From NCBI GenBank assembly GCA_026005055.1, contig BPKI01000001.1:2188214-2252213 (forward strand): a stretch of 64,000 bases of DNA. The letters are read 5' to 3'. Source of the DNA: Lysobacterales bacterium. GTDB lineage: Bacteria > Pseudomonadota > Gammaproteobacteria > Xanthomonadales > BPKI01. Below are positions 30,206-40,406 of the stretch, piece after piece. The notes below the pieces were generated by a model. The model saw only the letters and a program-made list of their open reading frames with translations. It was not told where the DNA came from and did not search any database. Position 1 is the first letter of the stretch, and every line of letters starts with the position of its first letter. A program made the position numbers and the translations under genes.

Positions 30206-33200
30206 GGCCAGAGCGTGCGGTGGCGATGTTCCTGCAGCGAGCAGGTGTCGAGATCCCATCCCTCGTGGTAAATCCCGCGCAATGCGGCGAGGTGGACGGC
30301 GATGTCGGGCAGGAGCCGCGGCCTGAAGCTGCGCGGCCGTTCTGGCGAAGAAGCGCCGGTCTCCCCCTCCTCGGCGGCACCCTCGCCCCGCGCCAGCGCC
30401 TCGCGCGCCAGCGCGAGCAGCCGCTGCCTTTCGGCGGCATCGCGAGTGCGCCATTGCGCGTCCTCCTCGCGGTCGAAATAGCGCCGACCATCGATCCAGG
30501 TCTGCTCGGCGATGCTGAAGGTCGAAAGCGGGTGCCCGCTCCAGACCACGAAGTCGGCGTCCCACCCGGGCGCGAGCCTGCCGATGCGCTGGCCGAGGCC
30601 GAGCTGCTCGGCGGGATTGCGCGTGACCAGGGCGAGAGCTTCGACCTCGCTCAAGCCCCCGTAGCGCACCGCCTTGGCCGCCTCGGTATTGAGCCGCCGC
30701 GCATGCTCGTTCGAATCCGAGTTGATCGAGGTGAGCACCCCGGCGCGGGTGAGCATCGCCGCATTGTGCGGAATCGCATCATAGACCTCGAACTTGAAGG
30801 CCCACCAGTCGGCGAAACTGGAGGCACCCGCACCGATCCTTCGGATCTCCTCGCTCACTTTGTAGCCTTCGAGCACGTGCTGGAAGGTCGCCACGCGGAT
30901 GCCCCAGCGCTCGGCCAGGCGCGCGAACATCGCGATCTCGCTTTGCACGTAGCTGTGGATGTGCACCAGCCGTTTGCCTTCGAGGATCTCGGCCAGGGCC
31001 TCGAGGCGAAGATCGCGGCGAAGCGGCGGATCGCCCTTGCGCTGGCGCCTTCTCGCTTCCAGGTACTCGCGCGCGGCGCTGAAGCGGTCCTCGAAGATCT
31101 GCTCCACTCCCATCCGCGTCTGTGGATAGCGCACCCTGAAGGCATCGCCCCAGTTCGACTGCTTGACGTTTTCGCCGAGGGCGAACTTGATTCCCGGTGG
31201 CGCATCCGCGAGCAACAGACCCTCGGCCGACTCTCCCCAGCGCAGCTTGATCACCGCGCTCTGGCCGCCGATGGGATTGGCCGAACCATGCAGCAGAAGC
31301 GCCGCCGTCACTCCCCCTGCGAGCTGCCGGTAGAGATTGATGTCGGTGGGGTCGATGACGTCGGCGATGCGAACTTCACTCGTCACCGCGTGGCTGGCTT
31401 CGTTCAAGCCACCGGCGATCGCGGTATGCGAATGGGCATCGACGATCCCCGGCGTGAGGTGCTTGCCCGTGACATCGAGCACCAGCGCGCGCGGCGGCAC
31501 CTGTAGCCCGCGCCCCACGGCACGGATGCGCCCGCGCTCCACGAGCAGATCCCCTCCTTCGATCCGTCCGAGCGCATCATCCATCGTCCAGATCGTCGCC
31601 CCGCGCAAGAGCAGGACCTCCGGCTGCGGCGGGGGCCCTTCCCGCCCGTACTCGCCCGCCGGGTACCGAGGAGAGGGGCTCAGCGAGCGCACTTCGACGG
31701 GCTTCGCCTCACGCGTGCGCGCAGCCACGCGCGCGCCGGTCACGCCCAACTTTGGCGTTGCGGCAAGCGCGAGTTCGCCGATGAGACGGCCCGCGATGAT
31801 TGCGAAACCGAAACTCGCCTGACCCTCGCCGAGGCCGAGACGAGCCGCCGGAAGGACGGCGGCGAAGCGTCCCTCGCTGCGCTCGAGGCGGATGGGCCTT
31901 CCGGTTTCGCCCTCGGTGGGAAGGATCTCGGGTCGCTCGGCGCTGCCGCCGATCGCGACCTCGACGGGCTTTGCGACTTCCCCCGCGAACTCGAGCCGCC
32001 AACGGCCGCGCGGATCATCCTCCGGCGCCAGCGCAAAACGCTCTCCCTCGATCCAAAGCTCGATCAACCGCGCCTCTTGGTCGAGGAAGGGGTCACCCTC
32101 GGCGATGAGGAGATCGGCGCGGTAACCGGGCGCAATCCTGCCCATGCGGTCGCCGAGTCCAAGCCAAGCCGCGGGGGTCGTGGTCAGGGCGGCGAGCGCG
32201 GCCTCGGGCGGCAGGCCCGCGGCAATGGCACGCCGCAGATTGGGCCAGAATCGCCGCTCGGGCTGACGAAGCCCGCGGGCGCTGAGCGCGAAGCGAAGAC
32301 CGCTCGCATGCAGGCGGGCCGGATTCGCCGGTGCCTCCTCCCAATGGCTGAGCTCTGCCAGGCTCACCCGCTGCTCCCGCTCCGGATGAGCGACGGCGGG
32401 GACATCCGGAAAAGCCAAGGGCAGGATCAGCCGCGGGCGCTCGCGGATCAGGCGCGGCAGCAGGCGGTATTCAAAGCCGCTGCCCAAGTACCAGGCCTCG
32501 ATGCCCGCCTCTTCCGCGATGCGCGTGGCCCGGGCGTAATCCAGCTCATCGCGGAGCACGAAGAGCGCCGGCTGGCGACCCGCGAGAAGAGGGGCGAGGG
32601 CCTCGAGGGCGAGATTGGCCTCGGGCCGCGCGCTGCCCGGATGCGCGCGCCAATGGGCCAATCGCTCGCCGTGCCACCGCCCATCGAACAGCGTCTGGCG
32701 GATGAGCGCGATCGCACCCATCAAGGCATTGGGATACTCGCCGCTGCCGAACGGCGCGAAATCGAAGCCGATCACCTGAAGCGCATCCGGCTTCAGGAGC
32801 TGCCTGCGCCAGCCGCCTTCGCCGAGCCCCACGAAAGCCGCCTGACCGCGGAAGATGCCGGCCTCGGGGAGGCTGAGCGCGGCGGTGAAACCGAGCCCGC
32901 GCAAGCTCTTGGCCTTTTCCCCATCGGCCACGAGCTGGGCGGCAAGGGAAAACTCTGGTCGCACCCGACGCGACCAATGCCGCGCGCCAGGCTCAGCCTG
33001 CTGCTGATCGATCGGCGGCGGCGGCGTGAGCGGCGTCAAGGCGCTCGCGCGCGCCGCGGCGGGCAAGCCCACATCGGAGGCGAGATCGATGAGGCCGGGG
33101 AAGACCATCAGGCCCGAGACATCGCGGAGGCTGAACCCCGGGCGGGCATGGCGACCGCGCTCGACCGCCACGATTCGCCCCTCCTCGATGAAGATCGTTC

Positions 33201-33369
33201 CCTCCTCGATCACGCGCCCGGGTTCAGTGACGATTCGAGCGCCAGTAAGCGCGAAGCGGCGCGGAGTGGCATCGCGAAGACCCTCGAGGGGCAGGATCGT
33301 TTCCCCCGCGGCGGGGACGGCGGCGAAGGCCCAAAGCATCGAGAGCACGAAGGCACGCGACCGGAACAT
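30202..33369 (-). CDS. exported tandem amidohydrolase-family protein (degenerate N-terminal repeat plus canonical C-terminal domain)
   Basis: ATG 33367-33369; signal peptide MFRSRAFVLSMLWAFAAVPAAG. First half has FPGLIDLASDVG and GRIAPGYRADLLIAEGDP. Second half has TPGIVDAHSHTAIAGG, VHIHSY, SINSDSNE and GRLAPGWDADFVVWSGHP. Confidence 0.75.
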   Translation of the reverse strand: MFRSRAFVLSMLWAFAAVPAAGETILPLEGLRDATPRRFALTGARIVTEPGRVIEEGTIFIEEGRIVAVERGRHARPGFSLRDVSGLMVFPGLIDLASDVGLPAAARASALTPLTPPPPIDQQQAEPGARHWSRRVRPEFSLAAQLVADGEKAKSLRGLGFTAALSLPEAGIFRGQAAFVGLGEGGWRRQLLKPDALQVIGFDFAPFGSGEYPNALMGAIALIRQTLFDGRWHGERLAHWRAHPGSARPEANLALEALAPLLAGRQPALFVLRDELDYARATRIAEEAGIEAWYLGSGFEYRLLPRLIRERPRLILPLAFPDVPAVAHPEREQRVSLAELSHWEEAPANPARLHASGLRFALSARGLRQPERRFWPNLRRAIAAGLPPEAALAALTTTPAAWLGLGDRMGRIAPGYRADLLIAEGDPFLDQEARLIELWIEGERFALAPEDDPRGRWRLEFAGEVAKPVEVAIGGSAERPEILPTEGETGRPIRLERSEGRFAAVLPAARLGLGEGQASFGFAIIAGRLIGELALAATPKLGVTGARVAARTREAKPVEVRSLSPSPRYPAGEYGREGPPPQPEVLLLRGATIWTMDDALGRIEGGDLLVERGRIRAVGRGLQVPPRALVLDVTGKHLTPGIVDAHSHTAIAGGLNEASHAVTSEVRIADVIDPTDINLYRQLAGGVTAALLLHGSANPIGGQSAVIKLRWGESAEGLLLADAPPGIKFALGENVKQSNWGDAFRVRYPQTRMGVEQIFEDRFSAAREYLEARRRQRKGDPPLRRDLRLEALAEILEGKRLVHIHSYVQSEIAMFARLAERWGIRVATFQHVLEGYKVSEEIRRIGAGASSFADWWAFKFEVYDAIPHNAAMLTRAGVLTSINSDSNEHARRLNTEAAKAVRYGGLSEVEALALVTRNPAEQLGLGQRIGRLAPGWDADFVVWSGHPLSTFSIAEQTWIDGRRYFDREEDAQWRTRDAAERQRLLALAREALARGEGAAEEGETGASSPERPRSFRPRLLPDIAVHLAALRGIYHEGWDLDTCSLQEHRHRTLWP

Positions 33370-33425
33370 CCCGATCTCCTCGCTGAAACTGGCCAAGAAT
33401 CGGGGAGAGCCCCGCGCTTGCGCAA

Positions 33426-34844
33426 CTAGGCCTGGCGTGACCGCGCCTGGCACTTGCGCACGATCAACATCGCAAGCTCGAGCGACTGCTCGTAGTTGAG
33501 GCGCGGATCGACCGTGGACTTGTAGGCGCGTTCGAGATCGGCCTCCTCGAGCTCGCGGGCACCGCCGAGACACTCGGTCACATTCTCGCCGGTCAGCTCG
33601 AGGTGGATGCCCGCAAGCCTGGTGCCTAAGTCCGCGTGAATATCGAAGGCGAGCTCGAGCTCTCGGCGGATGCGATCGAAACGGCGGGTCTTGATGCCGT
33701 TGGGCAACACCTCGGTATTGCCGTGCATCGGATCACACACCCACAGCACCCGCGCACCGCTGTCGCGCACCGCCGCCAGGATCGGTGGCAGAAGCTTTTC
33801 GATGCGGTCCACCCCCATGCGGTGGATGAGCGCGAGGCGGCCGCGCTCGTTGTGCGGATTGAGCACTCGCACCAAATCGAGGACCGTTTCCGGCGTCGCC
33901 GTCGGCCCGATCTTGACCCCGATCGGATTGCGGATGCCGCGCATGTATTCGACGTGCGCGCCATCGACCTGCGCAGTGCGCATGCCCACCCAAGGGAAAT
34001 GCGTCGAAAGGTTGAACCAGCCCCACTGATGGGGAACCTGGCGGGTGAGCGCCTCCTCGTAGACGAGGAGCAGCGCCTCGTGGGAGGTGTAGAAGTCCAC
34101 CCGATTGAAGCTGCTGATTCTCCGTCCGGCGAGCGTCTCCATGAAGCGCAGCGCCTCGCCGATCGACTCGACCATGCGCTGATACTCGGCAGCGAGCGGC
34201 GAATGGCGAACCCAGTCGAGGTCCCAGTACTCCGGGTGATGCAGATCGGCGAAGCCGCCATCGACCAGGGCGCGCACGAAGTTCATGGTCATGGCCGAGC
34301 GGGCGTGCGCCTCGAGCAGCCTCGCCGGGTCCGGCCGGCGCGCCTCGGCGGTGAATTCCGGCCCATTGATGATGTCGCCGCGGTAGCTCGGCAAAGTGAT
34401 GCCGTCTCGGGTCTCGTACTCGGCCGAGCGCGGCTTGGCGTACTGTCCGGCGAAGCGCCCGACGCGCACCACCGGCATCCGCAGCCCATGCACCAGCACG
34501 AGCGACATCTGAAGCAGCACCTTCAGGCGCGCGGCGATGGTGGATGAATCGCAGTCCGCGAAACTCTCCGCACAGTCGCCCCCTTGGAGCAGGAAGCAGC
34601 GCCCCTCCTCGGCCTCGGCGAGGCGCTCGCGAAGGGCGAGGATCTCCCAGGAGGTGACCAGGGGCGCCAAGCGCCGAAGCCGAGCGAGCGCCTCGTTCAA
34701 AGCCTCCGGATCGGGATAGACCGGCTGCTGTTCGGCGCGACGATGACGCCAGGAATCGGGCCGCCATTCCTTGGCCTCGGCAATGGTGGCGAATTGACGC
34801 TCAGGACTCACGGCCGCGTTTGCGAAGAAAGGGAGCTCAGGCAC
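33426..34844 (-). CDS. class II 3-deoxy-7-phosphoheptulonate (DAHP) synthase
   Basis: WRPDSWRHRRAEQQPVYPD, FLLQGGDCAESF, GRFAGQYAKPRS. 472 aa, GTG start. Confidence 0.9.
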   Translation of the reverse strand: MPELPFFANAAVSPERQFATIAEAKEWRPDSWRHRRAEQQPVYPDPEALNEALARLRRLAPLVTSWEILALRERLAEAEEGRCFLLQGGDCAESFADCDSSTIAARLKVLLQMSLVLVHGLRMPVVRVGRFAGQYAKPRSAEYETRDGITLPSYRGDIINGPEFTAEARRPDPARLLEAHARSAMTMNFVRALVDGGFADLHHPEYWDLDWVRHSPLAAEYQRMVESIGEALRFMETLAGRRISSFNRVDFYTSHEALLLVYEEALTRQVPHQWGWFNLSTHFPWVGMRTAQVDGAHVEYMRGIRNPIGVKIGPTATPETVLDLVRVLNPHNERGRLALIHRMGVDRIEKLLPPILAAVRDSGARVLWVCDPMHGNTEVLPNGIKTRRFDRIRRELELAFDIHADLGTRLAGIHLELTGENVTECLGGARELEEADLERAYKSTVDPRLNYEQSLELAMLIVRKCQARSRQA

Positions 34845-34886
34845 GATAGCACGAGCCGCGCCTCGATGTGCACTCGCAGCATGAGC

Positions 34887-35387
34887 CTATCGCGCGGCAA
34901 AGCCGGCGCGCAAGGAAAGCAAGCCGAGGAACACGAACCAGATCAAAGTCCAAGCCGGCATCGATAGGCCAAGGAAGGTCCAATCGACCTTGGCGCACTC
35001 TCCCGAGCCGGTGAACACCATCTCCACCACCTTCCGGAGCGGGAAGGCCTCGAGCATGTAAGCGAGCCCAGGGCCGCATTCGGGGACCCGATCGGGCGGC
35101 AGGCTCTGGAGGTAGACATGCCTGCCGGCGGTGAGCGCACCGCCGACCGAGAAGAGAAAAGCGAGCAGGCCGTAGAGGCCCCGCATCAGCCGCCCTGCGC
35201 GGTGCATGGCCGCGAGAAGAAACACCGCCCCCATGAGGATGAAGAACAGGCGCTGGACGATGCACAAGGGACAGGGGTCCAGACCCAGCAGGTGGTCCGC
35301 GTAGAGCGCGTAGGCGAGCAAGCTGAAGCAGGCCAGAAAGCCGAGGAAGAAAAGCAGCCGGGGTGGCCAGCGCCACGGGTTCAGCAT
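34887..35387 (-). CDS. dsbB: disulfide bond formation protein B
   Basis: Four TM segments, LDPCPLCIVQR CxxC motif, 166 aa. Confidence 0.85.
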   Translation of the reverse strand: MLNPWRWPPRLLFFLGFLACFSLLAYALYADHLLGLDPCPLCIVQRLFFILMGAVFLLAAMHRAGRLMRGLYGLLAFLFSVGGALTAGRHVYLQSLPPDRVPECGPGLAYMLEAFPLRKVVEMVFTGSGECAKVDWTFLGLSMPAWTLIWFVFLGLLSLRAGFAAR

Positions 35388-35392
35388 AGGAA

Positions 35393-35415
35393 TGCTCCAA
35401 GCGATCTTTGGAGCA
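35393..35415 (-). promoter_or_regulatory. 8-bp hairpin sequestering the dsbB Shine-Dalgarno (also the only structure downstream of rplQ)
   Basis: Minus-strand RNA UGCUCCAA-AGAUCGC-UUGGAGCA followed by UUCCU-AUG. The GGAG of the 3' arm is 7 nt from the dsbB ATG. Confidence 0.4.
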
Positions 35416-35472
35416 CCTTAGCGCATCCGCCCCGACACAGGAAAACGTCCCCGCGATCGGAGCACGACGCGC

Positions 35473-35862
35473 TCAGCCCTTGGCTTCGGGCTCGGTCTGC
35501 GGGCGCGGCCGATCGACGAGTTCGACGTAAGCCATCGGCGCATTGTCGCCCGGCCGGAAGCCGCACTTGAGGATTCTCAGGTATCCCCCCGGACGGGTGC
35601 GATAGCGCGGACCGAGCTCGACGAACAGCTTGCCCACCGCCTCCTTGTCGCGCAGCCGCGCGAAGGCGAGGCGGCGATTCGCCACGCCATCGGTTTTGGC
35701 GAGAGTGATGATCGGTTCGGCGACCCTTCTCAGCTCCTTGGCCTTGGGCAGGGTGGTGCGGATCAGCTCGTGCTTGATCAGCGACACCGTCATGTTGCGG
35801 AACATCGCCTCACGATGGGCGCTCGTGCGATTGAGCTTGCGTCCGGACTTGAGGTGGCGCAT
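35473..35862 (-). CDS. rplQ: 50S ribosomal protein L17
   Basis: [24 protein letters not shown].., 129 aa. Confidence 0.95.
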   Translation of the reverse strand: MRHLKSGRKLNRTSAHREAMFRNMTVSLIKHELIRTTLPKAKELRRVAEPIITLAKTDGVANRRLAFARLRDKEAVGKLFVELGPRYRTRPGGYLRILKCGFRPGDNAPMAYVELVDRPRPQTEPEAKG

Positions 35863-35884
35863 GAGGGACTCTCCGATGCGAGGC

Positions 35885-36883
35885 TCAGCCGATCTGCATG
35901 CCGTGCGAGGCCAGACCCGGCGGCGGCCAATTTTCGAGCTTCATCCCGAGTTCGAGGTTGTAGCGCTTGAGCGCGTCCTTGATCTCGGTCAACGACTTGC
36001 GCCCGAGATTGGGCGTCTTGAGCAGCTCGACCTCGGTACGCTGCACCAGATCACCGACGTAATAAATGCTCTCGGCCTTGAGACAGTTGGCGGAGCGCAC
36101 CGTGAGTTCGAGTTCGTCGATCGGGCGCATCAAGATCGGATCGAAAGCGGCTTGGGCCTGCTTGACCGCAGCCTCCTCACGCCGGCTAAAGGTGCCGAAG
36201 ACCTCGAGCTGCTTGCTCAGAATCTCCGCCGCCTCGCGAACCGCATCCTGGATGTCGATGGCCCCGTTGGTCTCGATCTCGAGCACCAGCCGATCGAGGT
36301 CGGTACGCTGTTCGACGCGGGCGTTCTCGACGTGATAGGCAACCCGACGCACGGGGCAGAAGCTCGCATCGAGCAAGAGGCGACCGAGGGGACGGGCGTC
36401 CTCGCCACTGCGTACGCGCTGGCTCGCAGGCTGATAGCCCATCCCGCGCTCGACCTTCATCTGCATCACGAGCTTGGTGTCCTTGGTCAGGGTGCAGAGG
36501 ATGTGGTCGGGATTCACGATCTCGACATTGTGGTCGGCGGAGATGTCGCCCGCCCGCACCACGCCTTTGCCCTCGCGCCTCAGCGTCAGCGTCCCCGAGT
36601 CGGCGTTGCTCATCTTGACCGCGACCTCCTTGAGATTGAGCAGAAGCTCGAGAACATCCTCCTGCATTCCCTCGATGGTCGTGTATTCGTGCAGGACTCC
36701 TTCGATCTCGACCTCGGTGATCGCCGCTCCGGGAAGGGAGGACAGCAGCACGCGCCTTAGCGCGTTGCCGAGCGTGTGGCCGAAGCCACGCTCGAGCGGC
36801 TCGAGGATGACGCGTCCGCGATTGGGGGCTACGCGATCGACGTGCACCGACGTCGGTCGCAGCAAGGTGAGCGAGGCAGCCAT
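35885..36883 (-). CDS. rpoA: DNA-directed RNA polymerase subunit alpha
   Basis: [26 protein letters not shown], 332 aa. Confidence 0.95.
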   Translation of the reverse strand: MAASLTLLRPTSVHVDRVAPNRGRVILEPLERGFGHTLGNALRRVLLSSLPGAAITEVEIEGVLHEYTTIEGMQEDVLELLLNLKEVAVKMSNADSGTLTLRREGKGVVRAGDISADHNVEIVNPDHILCTLTKDTKLVMQMKVERGMGYQPASQRVRSGEDARPLGRLLLDASFCPVRRVAYHVENARVEQRTDLDRLVLEIETNGAIDIQDAVREAAEILSKQLEVFGTFSRREEAAVKQAQAAFDPILMRPIDELELTVRSANCLKAESIYYVGDLVQRTEVELLKTPNLGRKSLTEIKDALKRYNLELGMKLENWPPPGLASHGMQIG

Positions 36884-36910
36884 GTGGTGACGGCTCTCCG
36901 TGAGGGTGGA

Positions 36911-37537
36911 TTACTTGGAATACAGCTCGACGATCAGGTTCTCGTTGATGTCGGCGGGCAGGTCGGAGCGTTCGGGCAGCGCCTTGAGGAAGCCGCTCGC
37001 CTTGGCGTGATCGACCTCGATCCAGGGGGGGACCGAATCACGCTCCTGCGCGAGCTGTATCGCCTCCTTCACCCGAAGCTGCTCCCGCGCCCGTTCGGTG
37101 AGGCTGATCAGTTCGCCGGGCTTGACCTGATAGGACGGCAGATTGACCTTACGACCGTTGACGCGCACCGCACCATGCGACACGAGCTGTCGTGCCTGCG
37201 CCCGGGTGAGGGCGAAACCCATGCGGTAGACCACGTTGTCCAGCCGCGCCTCGAGCAGACGCAACAGCGTCTCCCCGGTGTTCCCCTTCTTCGCCGAAGC
37301 CTTGCGGTAATAGTTGCGGAACTGACGCTCAAGGACACCGTAGATGCGCTTGACCTTCTGCTTCTCGCGCAGCTGTACGGCGTAATCGGAAAGCTTGCCG
37401 CGCCGCGCCGGACCATGCTGACCCGGCTTCTGATCGAGCTTGCACTTGGTGCTGAGGTCCCGACGCGGACTCTTGAGACCGAGATCGACGCCTTCGCGAC
37501 GGGCGAGCTTGCAGGTGGACCCGAGATAGCGTGCCAT
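36911..37537 (-). CDS. rpsD: 30S ribosomal protein S4
   Basis: [19 protein letters not shown].., 208 aa. Confidence 0.95.
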   Translation of the reverse strand: MARYLGSTCKLARREGVDLGLKSPRRDLSTKCKLDQKPGQHGPARRGKLSDYAVQLREKQKVKRIYGVLERQFRNYYRKASAKKGNTGETLLRLLEARLDNVVYRMGFALTRAQARQLVSHGAVRVNGRKVNLPSYQVKPGELISLTERAREQLRVKEAIQLAQERDSVPPWIEVDHAKASGFLKALPERSDLPADINENLIVELYSK

Positions 37538-37556
37538 GAGGGCCTCCTCGACTCAC

Positions 37557-37943
37557 TCAGACTCGGCGCCGCTTCGGCGGCCGGCAGCCGTTGTGCGGGA
37601 TGGGAGTCACGTCGACGATGCTGGTGACGCGGTAGCCCAGCGCATGCAGCGAGCGCACCGCCGATTCACGGCCCGGACCAGGGCCCTTGATCCGCACCTC
37701 GATGTTCTTCACGCCATACTCGAGCGCCGCCCTTCCGGCCTTCTCCGCCGCCACCTGCGCGGCGAAGGGGGTGGACTTGCGCGAGCCGCGGAATCCCGAG
37801 GAACCCGCGGTGGCCCAGGCAAGGGCGTTGCCCTGGCGATCGGTGATGGTCACCACGGTGTTGTTGAACGAAGCCTGGATGTGAGCGATCGCATCGCTCA
37901 CCAGGCGCTTCACCTTCTTTTTGGCTTTGGGCGTCTTGCTCAT
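37557..37943 (-). CDS. rpsK: 30S ribosomal protein S11
   Basis: ATG 37941-37943. ..[22 protein letters not shown].., 128 aa. Confidence 0.95.
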   Translation of the reverse strand: MSKTPKAKKKVKRLVSDAIAHIQASFNNTVVTITDRQGNALAWATAGSSGFRGSRKSTPFAAQVAAEKAGRAALEYGVKNIEVRIKGPGPGRESAVRSLHALGYRVTSIVDVTPIPHNGCRPPKRRRV

Positions 37944-37959
37944 GAGGCTTGCGCTCGCT

Positions 37960-38316
37960 TCACTTCTTGATCTGCCGACGCGGCCCCTTGCGGGTGCGGG
38001 CATTGGTGCGGGTGCGCTGCCCGCGCACCGGCAGGCCGCGACGGTGACGCATGCCGCGATAACAACCAAGGTCCATGAGCCGCTTGATGCTCATCGCGAC
38101 CTCGCGGCGAAGATCGCCTTCGACCGTGTACTTGCCCACCTCGGCGCGGATTCGCTCGAGCTCCGCCTCGGTGAGGTCCTTGATCTTGGTCGTCTCCGCC
38201 ACGCCGGCGGCCTTGCAAATCTCGCGTGCCCGCGAGCGGCCGATCCCGTAAATCGCGGTGAGACCCACCCATGCGTGCTTGTGAATCGGAATGTTGACGC
38301 CTGCGATGCGCGCCAT
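37960..38316 (-). CDS. rpsM: 30S ribosomal protein S13
   Basis: [26 protein letters not shown].., 118 aa. Confidence 0.95.
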   Translation of the reverse strand: MARIAGVNIPIHKHAWVGLTAIYGIGRSRAREICKAAGVAETTKIKDLTEAELERIRAEVGKYTVEGDLRREVAMSIKRLMDLGCYRGMRHRRGLPVRGQRTRTNARTRKGPRRQIKK

Positions 38317-38361
38317 ATTGGTGTTTCTCCGGTCGCTCGAGCCGTGAAGAGGGAACCCGCT

Positions 38362-38390
38362 ATTCTAGCCTTGCATCATCGCCCTGCCAA
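38362..38390 (-). promoter_or_regulatory. sigma70-type promoter for the alpha operon (rpsM-rpsK-rpsD-rpoA-rplQ)
   Basis: On the minus strand: TTGGCA (38385-38390), 17-nt spacer, TAGAAT (38362-38367). About 45 nt upstream of the rpsM ATG. Confidence 0.5.
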
Positions 38391-38395
38391 GCCCT

Positions 38396-39739
38396 TCAGG
38401 AGCGGATGAGCCCGGAACGGCCGTAGCCCTTGAGGTTGGCCTTCTTGAGCAGGCTCTCGTACTGGTGGGACATCAGATGCGCCTGGATCTGTGCGGTGAA
38501 ATCCATCACCACCACCACCACGATGAGCAACGAGGTGCCGCCGAAGTAGAAGGGAACGCTCCAGGCGATGCGCAGGAAATCAGGAATCAGGCACACGGCG
38601 GCGAGGTAGAGCGAACCCCAGAAGGTCAACCGGGTGAGGACGCCGTCGATGTACTCTCCCGTCGCCTTACCCGGCCGAATGCCCGGGATGAGGGCGCCGG
38701 AGCGCTTGAGATTGTCCGCCGTCTCCTGGGAATTGAAGATCAGCGCGGTGTAGAAGAACGCGAACAGGATGATCAGGCCGCCGAACAGCACGATGTAGAG
38801 CGGCTCGCCCGGGGTCAACATCGCCGCCACCCGCTGCAGCCACCGCGAACCCTCTCCCGCGGTCCCGAACCAACCGGCGGCGGTGGCCGGGAACATGATG
38901 ATGCTCGAGGCGAAGATCGCCGGGATCACCCCCGACATGTTGAGCTTCAGCGGCAGATGCGAACTCTGCTGAGCATACTGCCCGCGACCCACTTGACGGC
39001 GCGCGTAGTTCACCGGAATCCGCCGCTGGGCGCGCTCGACGAAGACCACGAAGGCGGTGATGAGCGCCACCACCACGAAGATGAAGAGCACCCGCAAAGG
39101 ACCGAGCTGTCCAGTGCGCGCAAGTTCGATCACCGCACCCACGGCGCCGGGCAAACCGGAGACGATGCCGGCGAAGATGATCAGCGAGATGCCATTGCCC
39201 ACGCCGCGCTCGGTGATCTGCTCACCCAACCACATGAGGAACAAGGTCCCCGCGGTGAGGCCGACCACCGCCGAGAACACGAAGGCCGGGCCGGTGATGT
39301 ACACGATCCCACCCTGGGCCTGGAGCGCCACCGCCACGCCCGCTGCCTGGAAGGCGGCGAGGAAAACCGTTCCGTAACGGGTGTATTCGGTCAGCTTGCG
39401 CCGCCCCGACTCGCCCTCCTTTTTCAGCGCCTGCAGCGAGGGCAAGACCGCGGAAAGCAGCTGCACGATGATCGAGGCGGAGATGTAGGGGATAACGTTG
39501 AGCGCGAAGATCGAGAAGCGCTCCAGCGCTCCGCCAGAGAACATGTTGAACAGGTCGATGATCCCGCCCTGCTGGTTCATGAAGCGGGTCATCGCCTCCG
39601 GATCCACGCCCGGAACGGGAATGAAGGTACCGAGGCGATAGACGATGAGCGCGCCCAGCACGAAGAGCAGACGCTGCCGAAGTTCGACGAGCTTGCCCAT
39701 TCCGGCAAGGGCGCGGGCTGCGCCGGGCTGGCTGACCAC
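38396..39739 (-). CDS. secY: preprotein translocase subunit SecY
   Basis: [25 protein letters not shown], 10-TM architecture, 447 aa. Confidence 0.95.
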   Translation of the reverse strand: MVSQPGAARALAGMGKLVELRQRLLFVLGALIVYRLGTFIPVPGVDPEAMTRFMNQQGGIIDLFNMFSGGALERFSIFALNVIPYISASIIVQLLSAVLPSLQALKKEGESGRRKLTEYTRYGTVFLAAFQAAGVAVALQAQGGIVYITGPAFVFSAVVGLTAGTLFLMWLGEQITERGVGNGISLIIFAGIVSGLPGAVGAVIELARTGQLGPLRVLFIFVVVALITAFVVFVERAQRRIPVNYARRQVGRGQYAQQSSHLPLKLNMSGVIPAIFASSIIMFPATAAGWFGTAGEGSRWLQRVAAMLTPGEPLYIVLFGGLIILFAFFYTALIFNSQETADNLKRSGALIPGIRPGKATGEYIDGVLTRLTFWGSLYLAAVCLIPDFLRIAWSVPFYFGGTSLLIVVVVVMDFTAQIQAHLMSHQYESLLKKANLKGYGRSGLIRS

Positions 39740-39745
39740 GTTCGC

Positions 39746-40177
39746 TTACTCCACTCGGCCGCCGGCCGCCTCGATCGCCGCCCGGGCCCCGGCGGTGACG
39801 GCCACCCCGCGCAGCACGAGCGGACGATGGATTTCGCCCTTGAGCACGATCTTGGCGCGCTTGGCCGAAGCGGGCACCAGCCCCGCCCGGCGCAGCGTGT
39901 CGAGGTCGATGTCGTTTCCTTCGACCGCCGCCAGGCGGTAGAGCAGCACCTCGGCGGTATCCGCCGCCTTCGGGGAGCGGAAACCGATCTTCGGAAGACG
40001 CCGCTGCAACGGCATCTGACCGCCCTCGAAGCCGACCTTGTGATAGCCTCCTGCGCGCGCGTGCTGGCCCTTGTGCCCCCGGCCCGAGGTCTTGCCGAGG
40101 CCCGATCCGATGCCGCGGCCGAGGCGCTTGCGCGCAGTCTTGCTTCCCGCAGCGGGTTTCAACTCGTTCAGTCGCAT
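39746..40177 (-). CDS. rplO: 50S ribosomal protein L15
   Basis: [30 protein letters not shown].., 143 aa. Confidence 0.95.
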   Translation of the reverse strand: MRLNELKPAAGSKTARKRLGRGIGSGLGKTSGRGHKGQHARAGGYHKVGFEGGQMPLQRRLPKIGFRSPKAADTAEVLLYRLAAVEGNDIDLDTLRRAGLVPASAKRAKIVLKGEIHRPLVLRGVAVTAGARAAIEAAGGRVE

Positions 40178-40205
40178 CTTGTCGCTTCCTCTTCGGTGTC
40201 GGGGA

Positions 40206-40406
40206 TCAGTCCTCGACCCGGACGAGATAATCCACCTGCCGAATCAGACCGCGCACCACCGGTGTATCCGGTAGCTCCCGGAGCTGATTCAGCCGACGCA
40301 AACCAAGGCCGCGGACCGCCTGACGGTGAACGGAACGGCAGCCGATCGGGCTCTTCACCAGGCGCACTTTGAGCGTGCGCGCCTTCTCGGGATCACTTTG
40401 CGCCAT
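40206..40406 (-). CDS. rpmD: 50S ribosomal protein L30
   Basis: ATG 40404-40406. ..[21 protein letters not shown].., 66 aa. Overlaps the rpsE end by 14 nt. Confidence 0.9.
   Translation of the reverse strand: MAQSDPEKARTLKVRLVKSPIGCRSVHRQAVRGLGLRRLNQLRELPDTPVVRGLIRQVDYLVRVED

Noticed and set aside
30206-30565. Upstream 120 codons of ORF 28880-30565 (and 33370-33573 for the larger gene)
   Set aside because: These stretches are Arg/Gly/Ala-rich and overlap the preceding gene or spacer. Internal ATGs followed by classic signal peptides are the real starts.
38465-40372. 635-aa plus-strand ORF antisense to secY, rplO and rpmD
   Set aside because: It crosses three gene boundaries of conserved genes and has a His/Arg/Glu/Asp-rich junk composition.
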